From Dicyema japonicum (lineage: Eukaryota; Animalia; Dicyemida): a DNA stretch of 63,212 bases. A model generated the notes under the pieces. That model ran no database searches, was not told the origin of the DNA, and saw only the letters and a list, made by a program, of their open reading frames with translations. The translations under genes and the position numbers were made by a program. Shown here in pieces: positions 50,016 through 62,621 of the stretch. Where the stretch lies: NCBI GenBank assembly GCA_011109175.1, contig RDEW01000105.1, positions 12,184 to 75,395 on the forward strand. Reading direction: 5' to 3'. The stretch's first letter is position 1; each line of letters opens with the position of its first letter.

Positions 50016-51419
50016 TATGGAATACTTTTCTGTTGTCCAATATTTAAGTTTCAAAGTAATAACGGTATGTTAAATGAAATATGCTATGGATAACGCAGAA
50101 TAAAATAACTCGAAATTGTAGGCTTTGTGGTATTCCCACAAGTCGGTTTCGTTCTTGTTGATTGTACTGAGTTAATAAAAACGTGATTTTATATCAACAT
50201 CAAGAGTAATTTTAAATTGTTTGTCATAATCCTTATGAACTAGTTTTAGAATATTCAATTTGGGGCGTATGAACTTTATACAAATTACTTCTATGGATTT
50301 ATCTAGAGAAACTCCGAACATCGGTTTTCCGATTATTGACGAAATTCGCTCAATAAGCCAGCACCTTTCTCTCATTCTTTTTCTTCTCTGCGATTCATCA
50401 GGGCTAGTGATCTGCTTCCAATAACTCTTGATGTTTCGATGGAGAATGATTCAAAAATGAACTGCCCATCTATAATCTCTTATTTCCTTAAAGTGTCTAA
50501 TCTTTCACGTGGCTTATTTGCAGTCAGTACAAAATTTAAAGGGTGAGAAATCACCCACAAAGACGGCATAAAAAGCGAGGTATCATTGGAAGAGAGTAAA
50601 TTAAAAATAATTAAATTCAAATTTCTTATTGACAATGAAAAATTCAAAGTTTATAAGAATCAGAGATACGATGACCTAAATTAATATTCTAAACATTAAA
50701 GGCAAATAATCTGCAACAGATAGCACACTGATGGTTGAGGTGGTGACGTACCTCAGTGCACGAAATTTCTTTAACCGCATATGATGGATGTGACCTCTAG
50801 TTCCGAAGAATTGTCGGATAGAACATGTTCTAATTTGGAGGAATTGGACAAGCATTGCTTTTGAATGAACATAGAATTACTTGATGGATTGTTAATTCCC
50901 GAACGTGCTTAGTAATATCCTGAGAAACAACAGACAGTTCTGGATTTTCCTTAGTGTTCATGTTAGACGTCCAATCTACTCAAAACACTAGACAAGAACT
51001 CATGAGTCTCAAACTGTATCACATCGCCCTATATGTCAAATGCAAATAAGCTCAGATACGTAATTATCACCATAAAATATCAGAGTAGTGGTGCTATATC
51101 ATCCCAGCTATTATCAGAATATTTAATTGGTATGATCAGAAATAATCCGGTGATTCACCATGTATGTAAGAGTGGTGCACGGAAGTCATCATATCAAACA
51201 ATAAATGAAACGAACAGAATGATATATTAATCACTGTAATCAAATAGTGGCACATATATCATAAAGACGCACAAAGCAACACAATAAAATACATAGAACT
51301 CGTGCTAACACGTTAATATTTTAAATGAATTTTAAGGTTAACCATTTAAAATAAAATTATAATTAATTTTTTTCACTTAAATTAAAATATTGGCTGCATA
51401 GAAGTAGCTGGTCTCAAGA

Positions 51420-51750
51420 AAATACCTCGTGATGCCAACGTGGTATGGCTAGTTGATTGAAGTTTTCTGTTTGTTTCATCTTTTCCTCCTCTCTCTTTTT
51501 CTAATAGAGTAGTGACATGTGATCCACCTGTCTCAGGTGGCACTCAGTGACAGGGTAACACCAAAAAGGATCGTCTGCTCTCCCTCAATCTACTAGAGAG
51601 GTTTCCACAACTGCAATGGATGGACGTATTTTACCTTTTATACTGGTTCTGGATGGACTTGTGTGACATAGAAGTACTCTGTTTCTGTGACAGTAGATAC
51701 TGAATATACTTATTAGTTGTTAACTTATTTCTCGCTGTATTTGGGGTTAT
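51420..51750 (+). mobile_element. SINE-like element family 2 (diverged copy)
   Basis: Colinear with the reverse complement of 49075-49420. Confidence 0.65.
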
Positions 51751-54700
51751 TAATAAGGAAATCTCCTGATAAGGTTTGGTGGAATAGGCATAAATCAGGC
51801 TTGTTGTTTACAATGTTTATATCGGTTTTGATAAAAGTATCAATTTTATCTCTACCGAAACATTCATCACTATTGTGTGCACTGAGTGGGTTTTTAATCT
51901 CTTTTCGTTTTTGAGACCGTTTTCTTTGCAAAAATGGAAGTGAAGGCACCGTACGACTTCATTGTGTCTTCTGACGTAATCTCCGTGCAACATTTTGCCA
52001 CATCTTGTAGCACAATGATCGACGGTTTTCCTCCATTTTTACACAAGGTGCAAATCTTGTTCAGTTCTCCAAAGAAGAGATTTCTGTCCTGGACTAAACA
52101 GAACGAGGCTTCCGATTTTGGAGAATTGTTCCCTTTTGCTAGCCACAGAGATGAAAACTCGGTGTTTACAAATTCTTCCGATAGGTTTTTATACACTTGC
52201 GAATGAAGACTTTTCGTACTTAGTTGTTTCTTTAAGTTTTGTCTTTGTAGTCAATCAAAGATTTACTATCCAGGGTAATTGTATTTTAAACAGAGTACTT
52301 TTCCTGCAAAAATTCTTCAATGGTAGCTATATGTGTTTTACTTAAGGTTTCGGCCTGAAGAATAGCGGGACTTCTTCCTTTCAAGTTGTTCAGAAAACCA
52401 AATAACATTCTCTCACTAAAAAAAAGAGGTCGAGCACAATCCTCTCCCTAGTATGTTTCGAGGTAGGTACAGTCTCTCTTTGCAAGCTGGTTTAAGATGT
52501 ATATGATGTTTATTCAGCAAACTACGGATATAACTATCAATCATCTAAAATTCATTCGTTTCCAAATCAATTAAGCCGATATAGTAATTGTATAAAGATA
52601 GTGCATGTTTGTTAATTGCTTTAAAAAGGTTGACCGAGTTCAATTTATTGTATACTAATTTTTCTATTCTTTGGCATACTTTAGAAAATATTGTTTTAAG
52701 CATGTCTGTCTGGTTAATTTGCCCAGATGGGCCTTCCAATACACCCAAACACTTATATCCATCAATTACTTTAGCTTCATTTGATAACAACAAAGATTAA
52801 GTAGCCGACTTATCCAAATTCTTTTCGAGACAAACAGATTTGAAATATAAATTGATTTTTCCATCAGCTTAACAATAATTTCTTCATCGTTTGAATTAAG
52901 TTTTAGATCGTCTATGAATAAAAGATGATTAATTGAAAACGATGAAATTGACTCATCATTACTGGTAATCGAAACTTTAGGATATCTGTTATTAAGAAAT
53001 CAGCTAAGTGAATCTAACGCTAGCACAAATAGCATAGGAGACAAACTATCTCCTTGTAAAATCCCTCTGTAGTTCGATAGTGCGTATATTTTCTTTATTC
53101 AAAAAAGTTTGAGTTTTCAGTTTGAATGCCGGGTGGCATAGTGGTTAGGTGTCGGGCTAAAGTAACTTAGGTTACGAGTTCGATTCTCGCTGCTGTTCAC
53201 CTGGTGGAAGGTTCCACGCATCTACGATGCCAAAAGGGTTTGACGAGTGACGCCGTCATCAGTGGATACTCACTGCGGAATGGATTGTCTAGAAAGGACC
53301 CACACACAAGAAAAAGAAAAAATGAAGTGAAGATCATTCCTTGGTTCTACGATTAGTTAAAATTAACTGTTCTTTACTTAAATAAAGTGTGTGTCCTGCC
53401 TATGCGGAGCTATAAATATTATGGCTCTCGTGAAAAGGTTATTAGAAAAAATCCACATTGAAATGCTAGTTTTCAAGGGCATCAAAAAGAAATCATAGTT
53501 TACTGAGTCGAAAGTCTTTTTAACGTCAATCCATGCTGCATAAACTCCAAATCCGTTGATTCTGTTAAGTGGCTTATTCACTAAAGCCTGTTCTTTAGCA
53601 CCTTGGCATTTCCTCCTAGTGCCCATTTGGTTTTCAGTAAGAAGATCAAATGGTTCCGCATAGTCTGTTAGCTTCATATTAATGCATTTCGTCATGAGTT
53701 TATATAAAGATGGCATACATGTAATCGGGCGGAAATCTTTTGGGGACTCGGGAGCAGTGCATTTTGGAATCAAGCAAGTAAGTCCAGTGAAAAACCACTT
53801 ACCAGGCACACATTTTCCTTACACAACTCAACTCATCACATTAAAGATTGAGTTGTGCAAAGACGTGAATTTTTTAACAAAAAAGGTTGAAAACTTTATC
53901 ACAACCTAAGGCTTTCCAGTTAGGCAGATATTTAATTGTTTCATTAAACCCATTTCTATTAAATCCAACAGGTACATTCTCAACGCCTGTTATTCTTTTT
54001 TTTAATATTGATCTTCTCTAAACATGCATCTTTCTTTTTCCAAACGTCTTCCCAAAAGTCTGCACATTTTTCATTATCAATAGACGTAGTAACATTATTT
54101 GCCGTAGGGGTTAGGTTTCTGTAAAATGATCTTCTATTTAATTCGAATTTTAGATTATCAAGGCGAATTTTTTTGCGGAACTAAGATATACACAATTTTT
54201 TTCGAGAATTTTAATTTTATCTTCAATGTACGAAGTAATCCTCGCTCTTTCACCATGGTTTTTTTATATCCCACTAACAATAATGCGTGACAAACCAAGG
54301 GTTTTTCCTCGGTTGACAAAGTCTTTATAAAAAACTTTTTAGTTACCAAAAGAAATGATTTCCACTTTTCAATTTTTCTATTTATATTCTCTTTCCATTT
54401 TGATGGCTCATTTTTTACTGAAATAATCTGATATGTAACTTGATCAGCATAAATAAGAGTAGAAATTTGATCCATAGAAGTTATATAGTACTTTTTAATT
54501 TATTGGCTAATGACACTGTTCAAACACTCCAGTAAGTTATTGTCAATCTTGACATAAGGAATCTTTTTGCTTTGTGGTCTCGAGCTTTGTTCAATTTGCT
54601 CGGCAATTATCAATTGTTCCATAAATGTACGTCGGCAGTAATCGTATAATTTAGGGTCCAGGGACGGTGAAGACATATCAGGCTTAGAATCTGAGGTCCC

Positions 54701-55170
54701 CTTCGAATCATGTTCATTGCTCGGTAATTGTTGGCGTTTTTGGACGTATATTCGTATTCTGAACTCAGGCATTGTATATCAGTTTTCGTATATCAGTTTT
54801 CTGAACTCAGACATCCTCTCCAAACATAGACTTGAACCCTTCCAGGAGAATAGCCCAACCAACTCTGGGGACACGACCGAGTGTAGAGCGCGTGCTTTCA
54901 ATAACCGAGGTAGCCCATTGTTCTCGACAATCAGCAGTTGTGAAAGACATTGTTGCTCGTAAAACCGGAAATTTCGTGTTGTTTTGTTGAGGACGAATCC
55001 TAGAAGCACCCTCGTCGGAAACATGTCGGACAAACTCGGCGGCCGTTCGATTTGGGTTTTCTTTACTCAATTCGGCACAGAAGTCCGCATAATCCAACGG
55101 ATATTTAATAATAATAATCAATTTTAGATATAGATGTCCCACATGAGTACACATGATAAAAACCACATTG
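51750..55170 (-). mobile_element. Degenerate R4/Dong-like non-LTR retrotransposon (RT + REL endonuclease)
   Basis: WFFTGLTCLIPK, FRPITC, AWIDVKKTFDSV, RGILQGDSLSP, YKCLGVLE, LFKAIN, QDRN, CTLC, NNKPDL. Many frameshifts. Clade call is based on motif recall. Confidence 0.78.
53128..53445 (+). mobile_element. tRNA-derived SINE (family 1) inserted in the R4-like RT
   Basis: GCCGGGTGGCATAGTGG (box A) ... GAGTTCGATTCTC (box B), conserved body and RTE-like tail. No TSD seen. Confidence 0.8.
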
Positions 55171-55559
55171 AAAATGACATCTGACAGCTAAGTCACCTCA
55201 TTTAAATGATTGATTGAAGGTGACATGTAGCGACATAATTGTTTTTTGTTATATGATGTGAAGAAACAATAAAAGGATGACAAAAATATGTAAATTTTAA
55301 AGAATCCGAAAAACAAGTAAGTAATTTATATGCTACGAACTTAGTCTTTAAGAAAGCCAAGAGAATTTTGCATTTTCATTATTATAAATAATATAAAATG
55401 CGACTACAGGGATATATCTGATAATCGCAATATGATTATCGGCTTATAACTTTTATTTCATTATAATGCAGATTGATCATCGCAACGAAACCAAATATAT
55501 ATTCTTTTTTTGAAAAACAGCTAGCAGGATGTCAGATCATACTTCTAATCGAGTTTTCA

Positions 55560-56230
55560 AACAACGCAGAAAAGAAAAAATGTTGACAAAACTTCGTATG
55601 AATTAATTAAAAATCTGTACGAAACTAAGTCAACGTTTGAATAAGCTGAGCTCACATATTTGTTGACCGATAGCGTTAGAATAACTATTGCAAAGATTGT
55701 ACATGCTGAGAACAGTTTATATGAAGAACTTTTTAAAAAGAAAGGCTGAAAATTGCAATTACAAAAGACAGTCGCAAGGAAATGATTTAGGAGATCGTAT
55801 CAAATGGCAATTCACTTACATTGATGGGGATTAAAGAACAGCTCATTAATAATGCTAATATTACAATCTCTCTTTTAACAATTCATCGTACTCTCAAGAA
55901 AATGAGGAATTCAAGAAAAAGAATCAAAAAGGTGTCGGTGATAACGACATCTGAAAAAAATCTACATGCGAGACAAATGGGTATTCACCCATTACCCATA
56001 ATTTATCGATAATGTCGGATTTCATCACTGCGAAGAAATCAAATTGTTTTTAAGAAGAGAAAATGTTGAGCTACTATATCTACCATCATATAGTCCAGAC
56101 CACAATCCTATAGAAAATGTTTTCTATAATTAAACAAAGCAAGGCTGGATAAGATACGACCACGTGCTTCAAAGAGGGATGAATTGAAAGCAAACATTAT
56201 GAGTATTGCGATACTCTGAATAATGAAAGG
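55560..56230 (+). mobile_element. IS630/Tc1-family transposase remnant
   Basis: ISLLTIHRTLKKM...SRKRIKKV (HTH), IDNVGFHH, LYLPSYSPDHNPIENVF. Confidence 0.75.
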
Positions 56231-58299
56231 GATCTTTTCGCCTTATAAACAGAATTTTTAGAAGGCATAATAATTAATTTTTGATGATTTGTTTTATTTT
56301 ATTTTTATTTTATTTTAATAACCCCGGGAACACCGAGAAAGAAAGACAAAAGAGTCAGACAGTTAGGTGATCCCAGTCCTCGCAATCACTTGTGCCATTC
56401 GACGTCTGTTGTTGTTATTTTTGATTTTTAAAAACTGAAAAAATTCTTTAAAAATTTATATTTATGAAAATAAAATTTATGATAATGAAAACGCAATTTT
56501 TACAATGAAAAACTCTGTAAGTTAAAAAACAATTACAAGATCCTGGAATCTCTCAGGAGTAGAACAAGGAGTACGTAAGTAACGGGTGGTGCTACTTTCA
56601 TGTTCTCAAGTCAGAGGAGTTTCAAGGCGAGGATCCACATTACAAGGGCTATATTACAAGACGAAGGAACCTATTGCACTGCAAGGGAATTTCCTCAAGG
56701 CGAAGAAACGTATTATAAGTCGATTGAACTTATTCTACAAGACGAAGAAACATATTACAAGGTGGAGAAACGTATTACGGGCCGAATGGACATATTCAAC
56801 AAGAACGAAGGAACTTTTTGGGGGACGCAGTAGACAAAGGGTCAAAATCTCCGGAAATTTTCCAAGTTGGACCTAGTACCCACACCAATTGATTCTCATG
56901 TTTGTATCCGGGTCTACACAGGACTTTGTTACCCAGTCCATTGATCCCCACAGTACCTGGGACTAATGTGGAAATACATACTGGAGTTGGGACCTACAGG
57001 GTTGTACCCACACCAATTGTTCCCTACATTCGGATTGGGATCTACACGGGACTTTGTTAACCACATCATCGGTCTCTACAGGACGGTTTGGGGCCACCGT
57101 GGAATAACATACTGGGGAAAGGACCTACAAAGGGAGAACTAACTGAAGATGGGCGTGATGGCTTTGTACCTGCAACGTTCTGGAAATAAATTAGGTTGCA
57201 TAACTAACTAGACAAGTAATTGGATGGATATTAAAGATAAGGGGTACCCGGATGAATAGTCCAGGCCAGCCGGCGGATTGGTAGTTACCTATTTCATAAC
57301 TTGTTGTTTTAATTCATTTTCATTGGAATTTCTCAGCAACAACATCATTTTCGCTTCGTGTTCTGTATGAAATCACGCGCACTTCCTGGGACTCGAGCTA
57401 GTGGCGGATGAATCGCGCTCTCGTTCTCCTAACTAGGATCTTGAAGGGGATTGACTCTACTTTTATACGAAAATTTTTTGAGAGTTCCATCACTGAAGAC
57501 TGGAATTCCTTGATCTTCTTCAGAAGCGTCTTTGATACTTTTATACTCTAGGTGGCACAATCATAGTTGACGGTTGGCTCAACATACTCAGTGTATAGGT
57601 ATCGTAAAGTCGAAGTGAAATAGCTTTTTTGTTGTTTTTAACTTGATGATAGTAAGTTATATTGTGTGCAGCCTTCCAGATATGACAACGAGTAAGAGAT
57701 AAGATGCATTATCATCGTTTATTATTGATTGGAAATAATTTCTCCAATCTCTGTTTGCTGTTGTGTATTTCTATAGTTTTTGGACAAATTTCAAAGGTTA
57801 ATTAGATTTATTCGGATGAATATTTTTATATACACACCATTTTTAAGTCTAGAATATTTATCATTTTAGTACCACAATGAATTATCTTAATCTAAAAATC
57901 TGATTTACCATTTTTAAGATACAAGAAGGAAAAAAATCAAACGATTAGATGATCTAAGTTAAGTGAATTAAATAATTGTTTATCTGCCAATTGAAGTTCA
58001 TAAAAAATAATTTGGTCTAAATAAAATTGAGGGTAAAAAAGAAAACTTAATGAATTATTTCCATTTGAAAATTGAATTAATAATTAAGAAATCAAATAAT
58101 GATTCAAATTACATAAAGAGGAGTTATTTCAGTTGTTTCCTTAATTCTCATATTTCTCCTCCAAAGAGATGCGACGTTAATACAACTGCAGGAATGATTA
58201 TGATTGAACAGAAAAAAATAGAATCCAGAAACAGAAAAAAACTTCACCCTGTATGACCAACTCGCACATATTAACGAGATCTTCGGAACGAAAGCGGAA

Positions 58300-59335
58300 C
58301 GTATCTTCAACGTCCGGTTCGAGGATTACTCATGGAAGTAAGCCACGCTGCCAGTGAGACTCGAAAGAATTCGGAACCCTGTGGACCTTTCTCTCCCTTC
58401 ATACCTATCATCGCTAGTGGGCTGTAGCTCCCATGTCAAGAAGATTCTACACTCCCTATTCGAATTCTCAATTGAACAAGACATAACCCACGCACGAGAA
58501 GCCTGGAATGCCACCAACCTCCCCCTGCCTCCTTCACAAGACTGCCAGCGAAACCTGGATAATTTATTGTGCTGGAAATCATTTGGACTCTTACTGGAAT
58601 CAGCCAATCAGCACCGACGCGCTTGTTTGCTTTCGGGGGCTTCCCCTGGGAGCGGAGCTTGGCTAAACGCCATCCCAAATGGAGTTCTGGGCACCTTTCT
58701 GGATAATGAATGCGTTAGAAGTGGTATCTCTCTGCGGATAGGACTGAAAGTATGTGTACCTCATTCGTGCCGATGTGGCATCCTGATAGACTGTTGTGGC
58801 TTGCACCCTCTCGCCTGCATGAAGAGCGTTGGCAGATCTCCAAGGTACAAAGCTCTGAATAAGATCGTCAAGCGGGCTGTGGATGCTGATGGATACTTGG
58901 TCATTTTTGAACCAGTCGGGTTATGCAGAAGTGGTGGGAAACGACCGGACGGGATGACCATATTTCCTTTTTAGGCCGGGAAACCACTTGCTTGGGACGT
59001 GACATGTACAGACACGTTCGCCCCGAACAATCTTCACGAATGCGCATCAAAGGCTTGCTCTGCAGCCGTCAAGGGGGAGAAGGCCAAACTCGAAAAATAC
59101 GGCGACCTTCCCGATAATGTCCAATTTGTTCCCCTTGCTATGGAAACTTCCGGATCCTACTCCCCCTCTACACTAGAGATTTTCGGACATCTTGGAAACC
59201 GGATCACCTCATGCACTGGAGATCTCCGCGAACGCCGCTGGCTGTTTAAGCGAATTTCGCTCGCAATTCTGAGAAGGAACAGTCACGCAGTGAGGGCGGC
59301 AGCTAACTAATATTTTGTCTTTTATTGCTTATAAA
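58300..59335 (+). mobile_element. CRE-clade 3' fragment, divergent subfamily
   Basis: ATLPVR, SGAWLNAIP, CRCG, HPLAC, RPDG, WDVTC, PLAMETSG, RISLAILRRN. Confidence 0.85.
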
Positions 59336-59359
59336 TAAATCCAGAAATTAAAAATAAAT

Positions 59360-59520
59360 TAAAATTATTTCCAAAGACCAAGGGTATCCAAACTGACTAA
59401 CTTCTCGATCCTGACTCGTTCCAGCATTACAGAACATGTCACCAGGTAACGAAGTTGTCCCCGGGGAAGAATTGTTGAATCCTCTTGATTCCGGCCAGGC
59501 ATTGGCGCCTCCTCAGTAAG
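59360..59520 (-). mobile_element. 3' end of a Jockey/CR1-like LINE relative
   Basis: Tail ttagtcagtttggatacccttggtctttggaaataa resembles the 34520-34565 tail. Confidence 0.55.
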
Positions 59521-59913
59521 GTGTTGATAAATCCTCGGATAAATTAATTTTAATAATTAATCAATAAAATTTAATTTAAAAATTTACACGTTAACAAATG
59601 TGTCTAGTGCGGTTAACTCTGGTCTCTGGTATTATTATTATCATTAACTCTAGAAAAATTAATGAAATTTAAGGAAATCAGTAATAACTTTGACTCAGGA
59701 GTAGACATTAGTACACTTGACAAATTTCAGCTTAAGAAACTTTCTAAAAAATAAATTATCGACAATGATATTCCTATATTTTACGCGGTAATAAAACGCT
59801 ACGATTTTTTTTGTGAAGAACGGGAATTAACGTCAAAACTATAGAGATATACCTTAATTTTACAATTTATTAGTCAGAACATAATCACTTCGATACAGAG
59901 AATTCTTAGAGAA

Positions 59914-62545
59914 ATGCCGCGTGGTTCACCTGTATGGTGGTGTTGTGCATCACATGATGTTGAAAAGAACTACACTTTCCCTATCCTTATCTATAAAGGT
60001 GGATGGTTTTTCAGATACGCTCTAATTTTGAGTGGTGACGTCGAATCCAACCCAGGCCCTGAAATCAACCTGGTCCAGATCAATATTAACGGAATACGAA
60101 ACAAGGTGCTGGAAGTCCGCCACTTACTCAATAGTAATGAAATTGACATTGCTCTAGTCCAAGAGACAAAACTACAAGCAAACATACGAACCCCAAACTT
60201 TCCCGGATACTCCATTATCCGTAAAGACAGAAAGATTAAGTTTGGTGGAGGACTAAAGACACTAATAAGAAATGGAATTCAATATGAAAATGTTTCAAAC
60301 AAAATCAGAAAACTCTATCCAGAAAATGACCCTTTGGAACTAATTGGCATAAATGTTAGAATTCCTAGGAAAATTATAAATATTGTCAATGTATATATTC
60401 CCCCTACTACCTCCTGTCCAAGTGGGTACTACCCTAACCTACAGATTTTCTCAAACCTCAAAATCGTAATACTGTGACATCAACGCCAAACATCAATTGT
60501 GGTATGAAGGCCAGAAACCAGACAGTAGAGGAAACTTACTGGCCAGAAATTTGGGACCATTTTGTATATTGAATAACACCATAAGCTATACAAGAATACC
60601 TACTCAAAAAGGAGACAAACCTACATCCCCTGACCTCTCCTTATGTTCCCCACCAATGTTTCCCCCTCATTAACTGGACTGTAAAATATAACTAAGAAGT
60701 GATCACAACTTTATTATGATGAAAATCAACACTGAAAACAAATTTATCAGACAGAATTCCACTTTTCTAAATTTTGAAAGCGCAGATTGGTCCAACTTCC
60801 CTAATTACATCGACACCAATATGGAAGTATTGTACACATTGGTATTCTCATCAATTGACCACATTCACGGACATTATACTTAAAGCAAGAAAACTATTTA
60901 TTCCATTGGGATGCCATCAAACAAGGAATACCTATTATAATGCACATACAAAAACACTTATCAGAGAAAGAAACAAATTAAAGAAGCAGAAGGAATTATC
61001 AAATGACGATTTCCAAAAAATTGAAAACTTTAAATATACAAATTAAACAAGTTACCCAGTCTAGAATAAAGAAGCGATGGACATCATTTATTGATTCTCT
61101 ATCGCCAAATAAATCTGAGACGCTGATATGGAGGAAAATTAAATATTTGAGACGTTGCAATGAAGGCTCTGAGAAAGTCTTCCATAGACAGGGATGTAGC
61201 AACATCGACCCAAATATTTTAATGAAGCACTATGTCGCAATCAGCCAAAAAATTTCTTGAGGGAACACAGAGTCTACAAGAAGTTGTATCCATCATATGA
61301 TTTGATTGTCTTTACTCCGCAAGAAGTTCGAAACGCAATCATGGATGCCAAAAACTCCCGTTTCCGAGATGCTGACAATGTCTCGATAATGGAACTGAAA
61401 CACCTTGGTGAAAATGGATTCCGCGAAAATCATTCTACTACGACTCACTAAACAAAATTAACTCAATATATATCTGATGGATTCTCTCACCCAAAACCAC
61501 ATAAAAGGACCATAATGGCTTAAATAGACTTGAAGAAAGCATTCGACTCCGTGTCCCGGACGCTGCTTATAGAGAAAATTTATAACACTCTTATAAATCC
61601 AAACATTAAAAGATGGCTGTCGAACTTTTTAAATGGAAGAAGAGGACAAGTGATGTCAGACAACAGAAAATCTAAATCCCGTTTATTGCCGTATGGTGTC
61701 CCTCAAGGTTCACCTCTCTTTCCCCTGCTCTTCAACCTGTACATCAATGACAATCCCGATACATTGATACTCTCATACGCAGATGACATTGTTCTTGCGA
61801 CGAGAGACTCCAACTATGAGAAGGCAGGGATTAAACTTCAAAGTTATATTGGTATGTTGGAACATTGGCTCATATCAAATCGACTAAAGGTTTCTACATG
61901 AAAGTCGTTTATAACAATATTCTCTACTTATAGAAAATCATCATACTCTCCCAAAATCAAATTGTTTGAATATGAAATTCCTATGAATAAGTTTCCAACA
62001 ATACTAGGATTAAAGTTGGATACAATCCTGACATTCGGCCAACACGTCAATGACGTTATTACCAAAGTCAGGAGGAAGACCAACATACTGAAAATTTTGT
62101 CCTGATCACCAATCGGGCACAACACCTTCATCTACAGAAAATTTACAGACAATACATACTGCCAGTAATCTAATACGTATGTCCCTCCTGGAGCTCGATG
62201 ATTTCTAAATCATCGTCTCAAAAATTAGAAGCTGCACAACTTGCTGCCTTGAAAATAATAAATAAGAAAACTGTGGATAACGCATTGAATGTTAAAGAAC
62301 ACCTAAGGTGGAGAGTGAAGTCATTTCCACAGTGGGCAATAAAAACCGGCTGTCCGCTTTCACTCTTTATATCTGACTAACTAGAAAATGCTGGAAATCT
62401 ATGGAGAATGAGACCGTCCCCGTTTCTATCAATTCTTTTGGATCTTCGAGGACCCCGAACGAGAGCCAGAACCCGGAAAACCGGGATCACTTAGTTAGTA
62501 GTTAACTTTTAACTTTTTCTAATCCGATGATCTTGGGGTAATAAA
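59914..62545 (+). mobile_element. Degenerate APE-RT LINE (Jockey/CR1/L2-like) with an N-terminal 2A-like peptide
   Basis: LILSGDVESNPGP, followed by QININGI, LVQETK, VYIPP, D-NA-H, SPDLSL, DLKKAFDSV, GVPQGSPLFP, YADD, LGLKLD. A-rich tail. Confidence 0.88.
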
Positions 62546-62621
62546 AAAATCACTTCGATAGAAACCTACTATTTTCAAATTAAACAGGTTTATTACAGAT
62601 TTGGTAAGGTTNTATTAGTAA

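Noticed and set aside
53128-53205. Possible true tRNA (or tRNA-Sec) gene
   Set aside because: Extra bases between the T arm and acceptor, no clear anticodon loop, the two copies differ in that region, and a SINE body follows.
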